Of a stretch of DNA of 64,000 bases, positions 16,332 to 31,808 are shown piece by piece. The first letter of the stretch is position 1, and each line of letters starts with the position of its first letter. This stretch comes from the human T2T-CHM13v2.0 reference genome, Homo sapiens, in NCBI RefSeq assembly GCF_009914755.1, contig NC_060927.1; one strand, 5' to 3'. The translations under genes and the position numbers were made by a program. Below the pieces are notes generated by a model. The model was not told where the DNA came from. It did not search any database and saw only the letters and a program-made list of their open reading frames with translations.

Positions 16332-17839
16332 TTACCCTTCCCTTTTTCACCTGGCAGATTAATATTAATCTTTCAGATTACTCATCCTTACTTAGAGATT
16401 ATTTTCCATCTTGTCCCTAACTTCAATGATATCTTCAATTTTCTTTTTACGTTGTGTTCACTTTTATGATTACACTAAATCACTTTAATATGGTTACACT
16501 TGTAACTTGCTTGTTTACATGGTGTTTCCTTTCTGTGCTATGAAACCCTGAGGGTAAGGAACTCTGTTTACATCCAGAACCTGGCATAATTCCTGGTAAA
16601 TTAATGATACAATTTGAATTTCATTTAAAATCGAACTTTTGTAGAGTTCAAACTTCCTATTTTTGTGTTTGTTTCTTTCATCTCTCCCCAAACCAGGATT
16701 TTCTCTCACAATGCTGAATTATGAACAGTTTTATCTTGAAGTTCCTACTAGTTTGTGGACTAATTGACATGTTAAATTTTGATTAGCAACCACTGGTTTA
16801 AACATTCATTTCGTCTGGGGTCAGAATACCTCATTGGGAATTGTAATGCTATTTTAATTTCTAAAGAGCAAATGAATTAAATGAATAAGTAGATATGAAA
16901 ATGAACTAGAACATACTAAACAAGTATATTTGGTTTTTGCTGAGTATTTAGCTTAGTTTGAGAGTAAGCTGCTATTAGTTGAGGATGGGTATTTTTGAAT
17001 AATTTAACTTTAACCATGAATGTGAATAACTGAGGACTATTAGTACCCTTGTCAAAGCAAATTACCCTCTTTGCACAGAAATAGAATTACTCTGAAAATC
17101 GGTATTTCAGGATACTTTTACAGTTTACAAGGGATTTTCTGTGTGATTTGAGGCACAGCCTGAGACGTGATAACATCACCATTTTATTATTAAAGAAACA
17201 GTCTCAAATTTTACCTTTTTCCAAAGTTGCATAGCTAGTAAGTGGTAAAACTAAAATTCATACCTAAGTCTTCAAATGCCAAATTATTTGTTCTTTCTGC
17301 TACATGATATCTGAGTATGTTAGAAATAAAGAACACTATATTTTGATAAAATATACACAGAGCAAGACTTTATTGAAATAAGTTTGGTATTTTCCTATTA
17401 GCCTTCAAATTTTTATTCTTCATTGTCTAATAAACTAATGGTTTTACCCTAAAACTTGAGTTGAACACTTATTTTTCCCATTTTTTGAGTTAAATCCTAT
17501 TCATGACAAGCCTGGAGTTTAAACCCTACCTGAATAAATTTTTTTCAAAAGGCAATGGTTTAAATTCACCATAGTCATGGGTAGTTTATTCAATCAAAGG
17601 GACAATCAGAGCCTGTTGTAGTTTGCCTTTTTAGGACATCTCACTAGTTTCCTGAGCTATCTGTAAGTTTTTCTGCTTTTCTTTTGCACTATTAAAGACA
17701 AACAAAAGGTGGGATTGATTACTCAGCTTAATTTGTCTCCAACAATCTTATTTTATGCATATTATTCTGTGACAGTTATTAATGATGCCCTCTTTCACTC
17801 TTAAAATTATCCTGATTTGGATGATAAATTCAAAGGCCT

Positions 17840-18310
17840 ATAAGTTACCTATTGCTGTGTAACAAATTTCCCCAAAACTTAGCTGCTTAAATCATTTATT
17901 ATCTCAGTTTCTGTAGGTTAGTAATACAAATGTGGCCTAGTTGGTGCCTCTGGCCCAAGATCTCTTATGTGGTTGCAGTGAGGGTGTCAGCAGGAGTCAC
18001 AGTGTCATCTGAAGGCTCAGTTCAGGGAGAATTCAGTTCTAAGCTCACTCATGTGGTTGTTGGCAGGTTTTAGTTCCATGCCATGTGGGCCTCTCCACGG
18101 GGCAGCTCCACAGCCTGACAACTAGTTTCTGTTAGAGAAAAAGGGAGGGGGCAGGGAGAACTTGGAAGTTTCTGAAATGGCATCTTATTACCTCTGCTGC
18201 ATTCCATTTGCTAGAACCTACTTACTTGATCCAGTCCTCACTCAAGGTGAGGGATTGCACGAGGGCGTGAATATCAGGAGGTGGGGATCATTGGGGCCTA
18301 TCACAGATAG
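17840..18310 (-). mobile_element. MaLR LTR (MLT1 family)
   Basis: CTATTGCTGTGTAACAAAT..CCCCAAAACTTAG, AAGCTCACTCATGTGGTTGTTGGCAGG, CATGTGGGCCTCTCCA. Confidence 0.85.
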
Positions 18311-18691
18311 TCACCTTAATAAAAGGAAAACTGCTTCCACATAATACTTTTCCACAATGGAATACAACTCATTACCTGTTGCTGTTTTTGTTTTCCTGAA
18401 TAAATTTACTTCAGACTTCTCCCCAGCTCTCTTATTCATGGCTGCTTCTGTGCATTTAATTGTAGCTGGAGAAAAACAGCCATGCTGATGGGTTTCCTGT
18501 CAAATTTATAATCACAAGCCTCAGTAAGCCCCTTATTGCTCTCTGGCAGTCCTGGTCCATTTTCCTGGCCCATTCAGTGTCTTATTCCTTCTCCTCTTTC
18601 TTCAAACCACTCACATTTCTTCCTCTATTTTTACTTTCCAAAAATAGAAGTAATCTGAAGAGAACTTTCACAAGCTCTCACCACCATATCC

Positions 18692-18831
18692 ACCCAGGCT
18701 GGAGTGCAGTGGCTTGGATCTTGTGGAGTGATCTTGGCTCATTGCAACCTCCGCCTCTGTGGATCAAGCGATTCTTGTGCCTCAGCCTCCTGAATAGCTG
18801 GGATTACAGTCACCCGCCACTACACCTGGCT
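18692..18831 (-). mobile_element. Alu arm fragment
   Basis: CCCAGGCTGGAGTGCAGTGG...CACCTGGCTA. Confidence 0.8.
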
Positions 18832-19616
18832 ATAATTCCCTCTTGTTATTGTACTTACACATGCTCTACTTGACTAGTAAATCCCATTCTCCCTCAGTTA
18901 TTCATGAACGTTGTTACAGTTCTCTCCCTTCTCATGCAGCATCAAATTGTCTTCTCTATTAAAACATTTCCGTCAATGAATAAGCATGCTCCAATTTATT
19001 CTGTCTTAAAAAATAGACTCTCTCCTGAGTCTACTTCTCCCTCTAGCTACTATATTTCTTTACTCCCCTTTACAGTGAAAAGCCTTCTTTCAAGGTTCTT
19101 GTTCTTCTGGTTCTTCTTTTCCCATTCTCTCTTAAACTCTCTCCAAGCAGGCTTTGGCCCCACTGTACTGCTGTTGTCAAGATCAGTGAACACCTCCATG
19201 TTCCTAAATCCAAAGGTTAGATCTTAATTATCATCTTAGCTACACATCACTAGGATTTGACATAGTTGATTAGTCCCCTTTTGAAATAGCCCCTTGATTT
19301 GACATCCTGGATTTCTTCACTCTACACTGGCTGCTTGTTTGACTACTCCAGAGCAGAGTCTTCCAGTCTTGCGGTATCCAGGATCACTCCCTTAGTTAAT
19401 TAATTTCATTATATGCTGACAACATCTGATTTACACGTCTAGCCCACAACTTTTTCCTAAACTCTAGGCTTACATATCCACTGCCAACTTGACATCCTCA
19501 CTTGGATGTCTAATATGATTCTCAATCCTAACATGTCCACAACTGAATTTTTGATCTTCCCAGTCAAATTCAGACCTCCTACAGTCTTCCTCATCTCATT
19601 AACTAGCAACTCAGTC

Positions 19617-19920
<304 letters not shown>

Positions 19921-20228
19921 GGCAATTCAGTCTTTTAATGTGCTCAGGGAAGTAAGTGTTACCCTTGCCTCCTTTCTTCTCTCACACCCTACATCGAGTC
20001 TAATGGCTTATCCATTTTATAACTTCAGCACTTACCTGGAATCTGAATACATCTTCCACAGTGTTTGGTCTAGTCCATGCTACCATCATCTATGAAATAA
20101 TAGCATTACCGGTGATGGAAATAACCTCCTTCCTAGTCTCCCTACTTTTGTCTTGTATTCCTTCCCTTTCTCCACACGTGTCTGTTCCTAAATTGCAACC
20201 AGAGTGATGCTTTAAAAACATAAGTCAG

Positions 20229-20365
20229 GGCCAGGCATTGTGGCTCACGCCTGTAATCCCAGCACTCTGGGAGGCTGAGGTGGGAGGATCGCTTGAGGTC
20301 AGGAATTTGATATCAGCCTGGGCAACGAGGTTGAGACCTTGTCTCTACTAAAAATAAACAAAACA
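20229..20365 (+). mobile_element. Alu monomer (FLAM-like)
   Basis: Left arm only; flanked by ACATAAGTCAG repeats. Confidence 0.85.
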
Positions 20366-20481
20366 TAAGATAAGTACACACATAAGTCAGATCATGTGTC
20401 TATTTCCCTAAACCCTCTAATGGCTTCCCAACTTGGACCATAAAAATAAAAATCCTAACAATGACCAACAAAGTTCTATAC

Positions 20482-20946
20482 TAGTGCTATCCAATGGAAA
20501 AAGGCAAGCCACATACGTGATTTAAAATTTTCTAGCAGCCATGCTGTCTAAAGTAAAAAGGAAACAAGTGAAGTTGATTTTAATGTTATTTAAACAAGTA
20601 AAGCAAAATATTATTTCAATATATCTGTGTAATAAGTTATTACTGAAATTTGTTGCAAAAATAGCAAGTCTTCAGTATCTGATGTATAGTTTATACAATT
20701 TGGATGCTAAATTTTTATTGGAAATACTTGATTCATATTTAGGTGTCATAAAGTTTATAGTTGAAAATGTAAACTCATATACCCAAGTAGTTCCAAATCA
20801 TTCTTAAAAGTTTTAAAATAACTGAATCCAGTATTGGTTTTTTAATTTTAATTAAAGTTTAAAATATAAACAAAATTCACTTCCTAGCCACATTTCAAAT
20901 TTCAATTGCCATATGAGGCTAGAGGCTGGCTTACTGGACAGTGCAG
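20482..20946. mobile_element. MER3/MER33-like hAT-Charlie element
   Basis: Ends TAGTGCTATCCAAT...TGGACAGTGCAG; 8-bp flanks TTCTATAC / CTCTTTAC. Confidence 0.8.
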
Positions 20947-22552
20947 CTCTTTACCATCTGGCGCCTGTTCTCTGCCTCATCTCCTGCTGCTTTCTCCTTT
21001 GCTCATTCTGCTCCAGCTATAATGGCCTCCTATTCTTTGATTATGGCAGATACTTCTCATTTTAGGGCATTTGAATTTGCTGTTCTTTTTGCCTAAAAAA
21101 AGCTCTACCCCTAGGTAGGTGCACAGTCTGCTCCTTCACCTTCTTTAGGACTTCGCTCAAATGTCACCTTTTTAGACGTTCTTTCTCTTATCAACCCATT
21201 TAATATCTGTACAAATTGCCTTCTCTCCCTACCTCTTATATTTCTAGGCTGCCTTCTGAAAGAAGAGAGAAGAGGACTGGGAGGGGAGAGGTAACCTGAT
21301 CTACAAGGAGCAGTGAAATATCAGAATTGTCCTATACAGATAAATGAATACATTAGACAAAAGCGTAGAGTAAGATAAGGTTGAATAAGTGATCATACCC
21401 CTTCAGCTTGCTTGCTGTCTGAGCAACTTATATGATTATTTTTGCGTATACATAACAATTTCAGATACTAAGCTTCTTAAATGCAAGGCTCTGCCTTAAT
21501 GTCCTCTTATACCTTCTTTGGCATCTAGCATGTAACTTTGACCAAAAGGCAGTGTGAAATCTCCAATTGTGGTCCACCTATTGGTTAGCCTTTTGTGTTT
21601 TACATCCTGCGGTGCCTCTCTATCCTCTGTTCTTTTCAGTGCCAGCAACTAGTATACTTGCTGATTGTTTACTTGTATTGGCTTTGCATGCCCTGTGGCA
21701 ATGATTGTGACATTGATTCTTTCTTTCCTTGTCCATCCTGGTACACTCTTACTCATTTTCCAAAGCCAATTCCTGAAAGAAGCCTTCCCTGATTCCCCTG
21801 GTTTACAAATGTCCTCCTCAGTGCCGCCTTTATGTTGTGTATACTATAATTCTTATATTCTAATAGGGAAATAATCATGTAAACATAGTAACAAGAGAAT
21901 ATGAATTCTTGAGAACAGGGACTGTGCCTTGCTTATCTTCTTTATTAAAGATAAATTTATTTTTAATGCTTTCCTCAGTGCATGTTATATTGAATGAACC
22001 AGGCACAGAGCAGCAAAAGAATTGCTATTAATGGGGGAAACTTATGTTAAGATACACATCATTGAGAGGTAAGAGATGTGGAGCTATAGACAGTAAAGAT
22101 AGAACAGTAACATCAAAATCAATCTCTGGATAGGAGGGTCTGAGGTACTTAGAACTTACTATGTCAGAAAACCAGGAAAACATGTACTCAAATGGAGTGG
22201 CAAAACTTACCTGTTTGTATTATAGTAGTGCTTTTTTTCAGTTCTTCTGTAGCTTTTGGTTGTCATATATTGTTTCTTGATATGTTCGTACAGTTATTTG
22301 TGTCCTAACTGTACATTTGAAGATCTGACAAATGGGTAAAGATCATGAGAAGCCCCATTTGTAAACCGAGGGATTGAGCAGATTATTGTTGAGAGTCCTT
22401 CTAACTCTGTGATTCTGTTATTTTGAGGAAAACATGTGTTAGCAGGTGCTTTAATGGTACCCTGGTGGGCACAAGAATTTTCACCACTTTTGCCTCTTTG
22501 CTTCCACTGTTTGTTCTTTAAAAATGAAGTACATGCTAAAAGCAAGCATTTG

Positions 22553-22659
22553 AGCTGGATGTAGTGGCACATACCTGTAGTCAAGTTACTTGGGAGGCTG
22601 AGATGAGAGTATTCCTTGAGCCCAGGAGTTTGAGATCGGCCTGGGCAAGACGGCATCTC
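22553..22659 (+). mobile_element. Alu monomer
   Basis: Single degenerate arm. Confidence 0.75.
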
Positions 22660-22758
22660 TGTTTTTTTTTTTTTTGTTGTTGTTGTTGTTTTAAAGGAGG
22701 TATTTGAGTTGCCTTTGAGGATATTTTGGTAGCAAATTCAGAATACGAAAATATGTGT

Positions 22759-23041
22759 TGGCTGGGCACAGTGGCTCATGCCTGTAATCCCAGCACTTTG
22801 GGAGGCCAAGGCGGGCGGATCACGAGGTCAGGGGTTCGAGACCAGCCTGGCCAACATGGTGAAACCCCATCTCTACTAAAAATACAAAAATTAGCTGGAT
22901 GTGGTGGTGCGCGCCTGTAATCCCAGCTACTCAGGAGGCTGAGGCAGGAGAATTGCTTGAACCCGAGAGGCGGAGGTTGCAAGTGAGCCAAGATCATGCT
23001 GCTGGACTCTAGCCTGGGCAACAGAGCGAGACTTCGTCTCA
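22759..23041 (+). mobile_element. AluS (Sg-like)
   Basis: GGATCACGAGGTCAGG; the tail is G-rich rather than poly(A). Confidence 0.93.
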
Positions 23042-24390
23042 GGGGAGGGGGGAAGAAAATATATGTTGACTTAGTTAACTATATTATCAGAAAACTAGAG
23101 TTTGTGTAGTTCTCCAGAGTTATTTTTGGTGGCTCAAAAGTTTTAAGCTGGTACTGTGTCTTGGTAATTAACTTTTACTGATTTGGAGTTCTGAGTAAAT
23201 TGGAAAAGTTATTTCTTCCTCCCTATAAGAACTTATTGCTAACGGCGGGGGAGTATATAAAGATATTTCAGCAGGCATCAGAAAAAACAAGCAGGGGACA
23301 AAACTTTTTCTCTGGTTCTTAAATATGGATTCTTTATTTTAAATAATATGAAGCATCAAAAATTAAATATTAAAAAAGAGTTACCCTCCAAAATAAGTAT
23401 TACAAGAAATAACACAATAGAAAAACTTCACAATACAAATGAAAAGGAGGTAAGTGTCTTCCCTTTGTACTCTTTCTAATTCTACCCACCCTTATCCAGT
23501 TCAGTTGAGACAGCTTGGGTGGCCTACAGATCACTCTAATTCTTAATTGTTTTCCTTCACAGAAAGTGTGACAACTCCTTTATTTATTTTTACTTCTGCC
23601 TCCAGCAATGAAGCTTCTCTACATTAGTCTAAGGATTTCCTCTTGTACCTAGACTACCCCTTACAGACTGTTTCATGGAGTCCTCACTCTTCCCTGGCTG
23701 AGAGCCAGATTTTGTCCTTTTGTGTATACTAATTTATAGAAGTAATATTCCTATCTATTAATTATACGTACATGACACCCAGCAGTTAGTGAAGAAACTT
23801 AGCTTGCTGCTAAGTGTATATGCTAACATATTTGCCTAGGTCTTCTGTTGGCAAAACTTCTAGGGCTCGCCACAAAGGTCCCACTGTCTAGCTATGTGTT
23901 TAGTGAGAACTAGGAGTCTTCTTTCTTTTCTGTCTTACTGTTTATCTTTGTCATGAGCTTTTTTTCAGACTAATGTAATAAAGTATTTACAAAAATATAC
24001 TTAATATCTTCCTGATGATTCTTCTGAATGAACAAAGTGATGTGCTTTGTAATTACGTTGATTTTCCAAACTCTCCTGCTAGTTTTAAGACATAGTAAAA
24101 TGTATACCATGGACATTCTTACTTTTGAAATTGGGCATTCTTAGAAGAAAAATATTGATCTTTGACATCTTGAACTGAACACTACAGTTTCCCATTATTT
24201 TGATACCTGAGAGAGAAAAGTCACCTGCTTAAGTATCCCATATCATGAGGAGGCAAAACTAAGTATTTCATATAAATTTTAATGCATCTACCTTAAGTTA
24301 AATTATCTAGTCACTTGATATTGTGGGTGATGCTGTGAATTTGTGATTTGCATGGCTTCAGATGTCATAATTTTTCCCCCCACTTTCTAG

Positions 24391-24467
24391 GAAGTAACAG
24401 CTAGCAGTCGCCACTATGTTGACAGGCTATTTGACCCTGATCCCCAGAAAGTTCTACAAGGTGTCAT
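24391..24467 (+). CDS. ARMC8: ARMC8 exon 2 (EVTASSRHYVDRLFDPDPQKVLQGV)
   Basis: TTTCTAG| ... AT|GTAAGT; 77 nt. Confidence 0.95.
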
Positions 24468-26199
24468 GTAAGTAGTATGTATTTAAGAGTCTATCAAAAA
24501 GTTGTTTGTTTTCATGTTTTAATCTGCCACATATTTTAATTTTGAAAATACAGGGTTATACCTTTTTTCTTTCATTTGGCTTCTTTCTAGAAAGACTGCT
24601 TGACATTCATGACGTTTAATATTTTACCATAAAGAATTGTCTTTTGAATAGTTGTTAACTGACATGGTTAGCTTCATTTTTTGTAGAATACTTGTTTCAC
24701 ATTAAAAAAATGTTTTCTTTGGAGAATGCTTTTGCTTCTTTAATATCCACAAAAGCAGGAGAATAAGATTGATGGTCTTTCATAATTGGAATGCAGTGAA
24801 AGAATAGACCAGTAGGGTTTTTTGTTTTGCTTTGTTTTGTTTTTGGTTAACTCATTAACTGTCACCAAGATTGAGTCTCCTGTTGATGTTTTAAATTTCG
24901 AATTTAGAAAGCTGTCAGAAAATTTAAACTCTTAATAACCATAATGCCTTTTTTTCTCCAAAATTTCATGTTTAATGAGAGGAAACATTTTTAAGCAACA
25001 TACCAGAGGTAATTATGCTCTTAAAAAATTAAGAGAAGCAAGTAGGATAAGATTTCAGATTTATTCCCTTTCCTTTGAGTTTCAGATTATCATACTCTTA
25101 GCGCATTAGTTCTAAGGAGGAAGGTCTAGACTAAGGCTTATCATGGGGTTGGGAAATGTGAAGGATCCACAGGCCTGAACTGTGTCTATGGGAAGAAAGA
25201 CACAAAAAAGGGTCAAGATACATTTGGGTAATGATGAGGGCGCCCATGAGGGAGGCCTCTTTCTTTTTCTCTAATCCCATAAGCATTGTCAGCCAAATAG
25301 TACTTTAACTTGTGCTTAGCCATGGCAAGGCTGGGATGCTTTGTTTATACAAGTTTCTTCGGACTGCAGTTCTTAAAGCCTCTCTCCCCAAAGGCATTGT
25401 AGGCTTTGGAGTTGTGAATTTATAAAGGGAGGTAAAATAAAAGTGCTGTAAAACTGCTTGGCTATTCAAATTGAGCTGGAAGGGAAGGTGGGAAGCTGGT
25501 TAGGATCCACCGAGATACTTGACGCTTATTTTCACGGCTTCTCAGTTTACAAAAAACGGTGGTATTTCTGGTGTTCTCATTATGTTAACTTTGCCTTTGT
25601 TCCCTTAAGTAGGAGACTTTATAATTATTTAATCACTCCTTTTTAGACTAGTTTAATTATTACCAGGAAAAATGGTTTATTAAATCCATCTATTAAATAA
25701 ATCAGTTTGGGTTGTACCTACACACACAAGTTCGTCAAGGGGGCAGGTTTTACTTAACACTCTTCCTTAGACAGATACTCTCCACATATAACCAGATAGC
25801 TCCGTATATAGATAATTCTAAGTATTACTTAAAATTACTCAATAAATGGTTGAGAATGTTAGACTTATTAAGTGTTCAATAAATGGTATTAAAAGATGAT
25901 ATCACTGCTACTATGTTTAGGAGAAAGCTGTTTAGTAATCAAGAATTCTGTGTGATAGACTGGTAGAGTTCTATCTGATATGAGTAGCTGATTCGAATGT
26001 TGTCACTTTGAGAAATTTTTTACTTACCAAAGAACACTAGTTTCTCAAAAATTGATAAAATACCAAATGATAAAAGGGGGAAAGATAGAATTATGACAAA
26101 GCAGCTAAAATGTAGTTTGATAGCCTTAGTGTCTTTTGAAAAACTACCAGTTTGAGACCTAATTAGCTGTCAGCTAGACATAAAGAAATGTTTGTGTGA

Positions 26200-26460
26200 A
26201 GGAATGGTAGAGTAGAAGGAGCGTGGGGTTTGGAGTTGGACCATAGTGGTTTGAATTCCTAATTCTGACATTTTCTGTTATGGTCCCTTTCTAGTGGTGT
26301 GCTTGGACAAGTTTTGTAATTTCATTGAGCCTCAATTTCATCATCTGTAAAGATAACACTGCCCATATTGCCAGGTTGATGTGAGAATTAAATCAGAATT
26401 ATAAAATTCAATGTCTGATACGTTGTGGATCAGTTGGCACTTAAGTGGTTAGTTGTTATT
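26200..26460. mobile_element. MIR
   Basis: GAGCCTCAATTTCATCATCTGTAAA core. Confidence 0.7.
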
Positions 26461-26876
26461 AGCTCCAATTTAAAACAACTTAAAAAAAAAGATAATTCTC
26501 CTCAAAGAAGAGAAAGGGGGAAAAAAACAGAGGAGACAGTTCAAACTAAAGTAGAAGAGAGAGAGGGACTAAAATTCCTAACTCAGACAAGAGAATGTGA
26601 GTGATAACATTCTAGTAAACGTGATTGCTACTTAAAATACTAAAATCTGTTTATAGTTTAAAGGGGACAGATCACCCAACATTTTTTTTTCTTTATCTCA
26701 GAGTAATACTGATCTTATGGAGATAGTGTAGTGTGATTTGATAAAGCTTCCTTTTCTCCAGATAGAAATATTTATTCTTTCTGACTTCTTTCTTAAACTT
26801 TGTTACTGTCTGAAAATTAATTGTACATGGTCAAGAGAATGAAAAGTGGATTACTTTCAACATTATCTGTCTTTAA

Positions 26877-27180
<304 letters not shown>

Positions 27181-27280
27181 TAAGTAATCTTGTTTAATAC
27201 AATATGTATAGAAAAAGGGAATGAAAATGGTATTTAGGAAAAGAGAGTTGACCAATTTTTTGATTTTTATACACCTCACA

Positions 27281-27323
27281 GTCATCATTAAGTCACCATT
27301 AAGTCATCATTAAGAGACCATTA
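27281..27323. repeat. 11-bp tandem repeat GTCAYCATTAA, about 4 copies
   Basis: Direct read. Confidence 0.8.
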
Positions 27324-27563
27324 CTAGACCAAAATAGGTAGGTAGAAAGATGGCCACAGAGTATAAACAACCAAAGGTAGCCTATTAATTTTAGGGAAGG
27401 AAAAGGTAGAGGCCGAAATAGCATTAAATCCAAAATATTTAATTGAAAGGACATAAAATAATTGACAAAAATTGTAGCTTTGACTACAAGCCAACCAGAG
27501 TTTTATCATTTTTCTGGCTCTTTCAAGTTTGATTTTTCTCAATAAATGTTGTGAACATATACG

Positions 27564-27685
27564 AGGCATGGTGGAAGGCATGTGTAGTTAACAGTTGCTT
27601 GGGAGGCTGAGGCAGGAAGATTGCTGGAGCCTAGGAGTTCAAATCCTGCCTGGGCAACACAGTGAGACTCTATCTTGAAGACAAA
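27564..27685 (+). mobile_element. Alu monomer
   Basis: TTGGGAGGCTGAGGCAGGAAGATTGC...CCTGGGCAACACAGTGAGAC. Confidence 0.75.
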
Positions 27686-28424
27686 TAAGATTGTGAACAT
27701 GTGTAGCATACTAGCAGGAAAAGCAAAATCAAATTAAAGATGAATAATGATTCTTCATCATAGTCTACAACTAATCTACTAGCTGAGTTAGAGCTATAGA
27801 TCTACCCATAAATATGGGAACTTTGTAGATAGCTCACATCACAGTGAACCATTTTACCTAGTCAGTGAGTATGCCTTGTTGAAAGATTAACATTAAGCAT
27901 CAGAACTGCTTAATTTTCAATTGTTGAAGAATGCAGAGTTATCTAGAGATAAATTTGTTAGTAGCACAATAGTTAGCATAAACTTGAATTGTCCTGTTGT
28001 GTAAAAGGTTTGAATACAAAATCAGGTCCTTTTCTCTAAAAGAGCAAAATTTCATGTGCATAACTGAATAGATGATCATTAAGTAGGGAGTAAGATACGA
28101 GCTGAAAGAAGAGGGAAGTCACTGTGTAGGTCATAAAGCGTAGCCTTCGCAACTACAACAGAAGTAGGTATGTCAGTTAAACTACCCTGCATTGCAAATT
28201 CTGAGCTTCCTGTAATATGGAGATCTGCATGTGACTTAAAGCATTGCAGGACCTTTTTTGTGAAGTTATTTTAGTATTGGTTCAACCAAGTTAAATCTCA
28301 TACTTGAAGAAGAAGAAGAACTCTTCATATGATTTTGTAAATCATGAGTGAAAGCTACTTAAACAGTTTTGTTTTGTTTTCTTAACATAACAAAATTAGA
28401 GCACTTGATCTGGTTTTCATGTTA

Positions 28425-28731
<307 letters not shown>

Positions 28732-29227
28732 TTAAAAAAAAAAAAAAAGGTTAGCAGATATCCCTACATGGCCCTTTGTTGATATTGCTATGTTGAAAAG
28801 CAAAAGATGATATAAGCCAACGTAGCTAGCTTTGTAGTTTCAGAGTTTAATAGAATTAGAAAGCTTGACTAGACCTCTGGTGAATTCAGTCAGGCACTTG
28901 TGGATGCTGCAGAATCATGTGATTTTTTTTTTTTCCCCCACCAAGAATCCACTTCTAAAGTGTCTTCTGAAGCATTTTAATGTACTGATGATATGAGTTT
29001 ATTTTGGTAATGATTAATTCTCTTAGCTCCAGGAAATTTTGTATCTCTGGTTTCAGTAGAATGTAGACAGGTTCCATTTTCTTGCATGAGCTAAAGATAA
29101 AGAGTTCCCATAAAATGAAGCCTTTGGGTTTTGAGAACTTTTAAGTTAAAGGGTTAAGTTTTAGAATAATTGAAAATAAGTATTCCAAAAAAATCATTTA
29201 AAAAATTTCTTCTCCTAATACATTTAA

Positions 29228-29519
<292 letters not shown>

Positions 29520-29683
29520 TTAATCAGTTATTTTTGAGGGTTATGGGTAAACATACACAAAGGTGACCTTAATACCAAATGTGATAGAGTGATCTGCATC
29601 TTACTTATTTAAAACTATATATTCTGAGAGAATTTGGTCAGAGAATTCGATAGGATTATCCAGGAATGATTAAATCAAATTGA

Positions 29684-30089
<406 letters not shown>

Positions 30090-30405
30090 AAATTATCTTT
30101 TCAAATGTATAAAGCGCTTAACTGCATGCTGCCATATTGTTCCATACTGTTCTAACACATTTTTTATGTTCCTTGGAATGATTAAATATATTTAAAGTGT
30201 TAATATCTACCAAAATATTTTGGTAGATTTTACTCTTCATTTTTAGAGAGTGTAAGGTGATTTGTAATCATACATTGATAAAACAGAGTTAAATACATTA
30301 AATATCCTAATTTCGGAGCCAGTATTTAATTTTCAAAATTATGTATTCACTTGTCATTAAGGAACCATAAAATGCTATGGAAAGAAAATTAAATATTTAC
30401 AGTAA

Positions 30406-30729
<324 letters not shown>

Positions 30730-31461
30730 CTTTTCATGGTTTTATACAAATCAGAACTGTATCTGAAACTACATATATTCCAAAAATCCACATCACAGAG
30801 TAATTTGTTTATAAGAATGAACTAAATTAAAGTCAATTCTGTTTTTTCAGTTTATACATGTAGTTGATATTCAGTAAATGCCCAAGTTGATTTGAGCTGA
30901 ATTTTGCTGTAAGTTTTCCAACTGCCTCTTGAATCAAAGCCTTATGTTAAAAATAACTTTAGTTTGAATAATAGATCATCATTAGCTAATTCTTAAAATT
31001 GGCAATTCAATAATGACAGTGGAATTCATTGTCATATAACTTTAGTTGGAATATGAATATACCTCATTCCTTAACCATGCATGATAACAGAAAGGTTATC
31101 ATACTTGGATGTCTGGATATTACATTCTCCAAAAAATGATAATTACAATTACAGGGACAGAGCATTGTGTATGTTTGTGATTCTCACAGTCCAAATAATG
31201 TAAGTTGTTTACCATGTTGCCCTTATTCTAGTTACCCACAGATATGTGTTTTTTTCTTATTTTACAAATGAATGTTTTATAAACAGTGAGTTTTCATAAG
31301 TAGATCAAACTTTATACTCAGATTGTAGTTTTCAGTATCCAGTGTAGTTTTTGGCTACTTCATACTAATTAGACCAGAAATACACATAGAGTATTCCAAA
31401 TATGAAGCAGAAAAGAGCTGCTTCAGGTACGTGAAATACTGGTTCAAAATAAATAGATATA

Positions 31462-31808
31462 TAGTCATGCTCTACACAATGATGTTTCAGTTAAAGACAG
31501 TTAAAGTCAGTGACCCTGTAAGAATATAATACTGTATTTTTGTATTTAAATATGTTTAGCTACACATTACCTACCATTGTGTTACAGTTGCCTACATTAT
31601 TCAGTACAGTAACATGCTGTACATGTTTGCAGCCTACAAGCAATAAACTATACCATATAGTCTAAGTGTGTAGTAGGCTATACCATCTAGTTGGTGTAAG
31701 TACACTCTATGATGTTCACACAAGGACAAAGTTGTCTAATGATGCATTTCTCAGAACATATCCCCGTCGTCAAATAATGTGTCCTCGTCGTTAAGCGAAG
31801 CATGACTG
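31462..31808. mobile_element. Tigger3/MER7-type Tc1-mariner MITE
   Basis: Terminal inverted repeats (T)AGTCATGC...GCATGACTG with TA flanks. Confidence 0.85.

Noticed and set aside
27281-27323. Short direct-repeat array
   Set aside because: Simple 11-bp tandem repeat without spacers.
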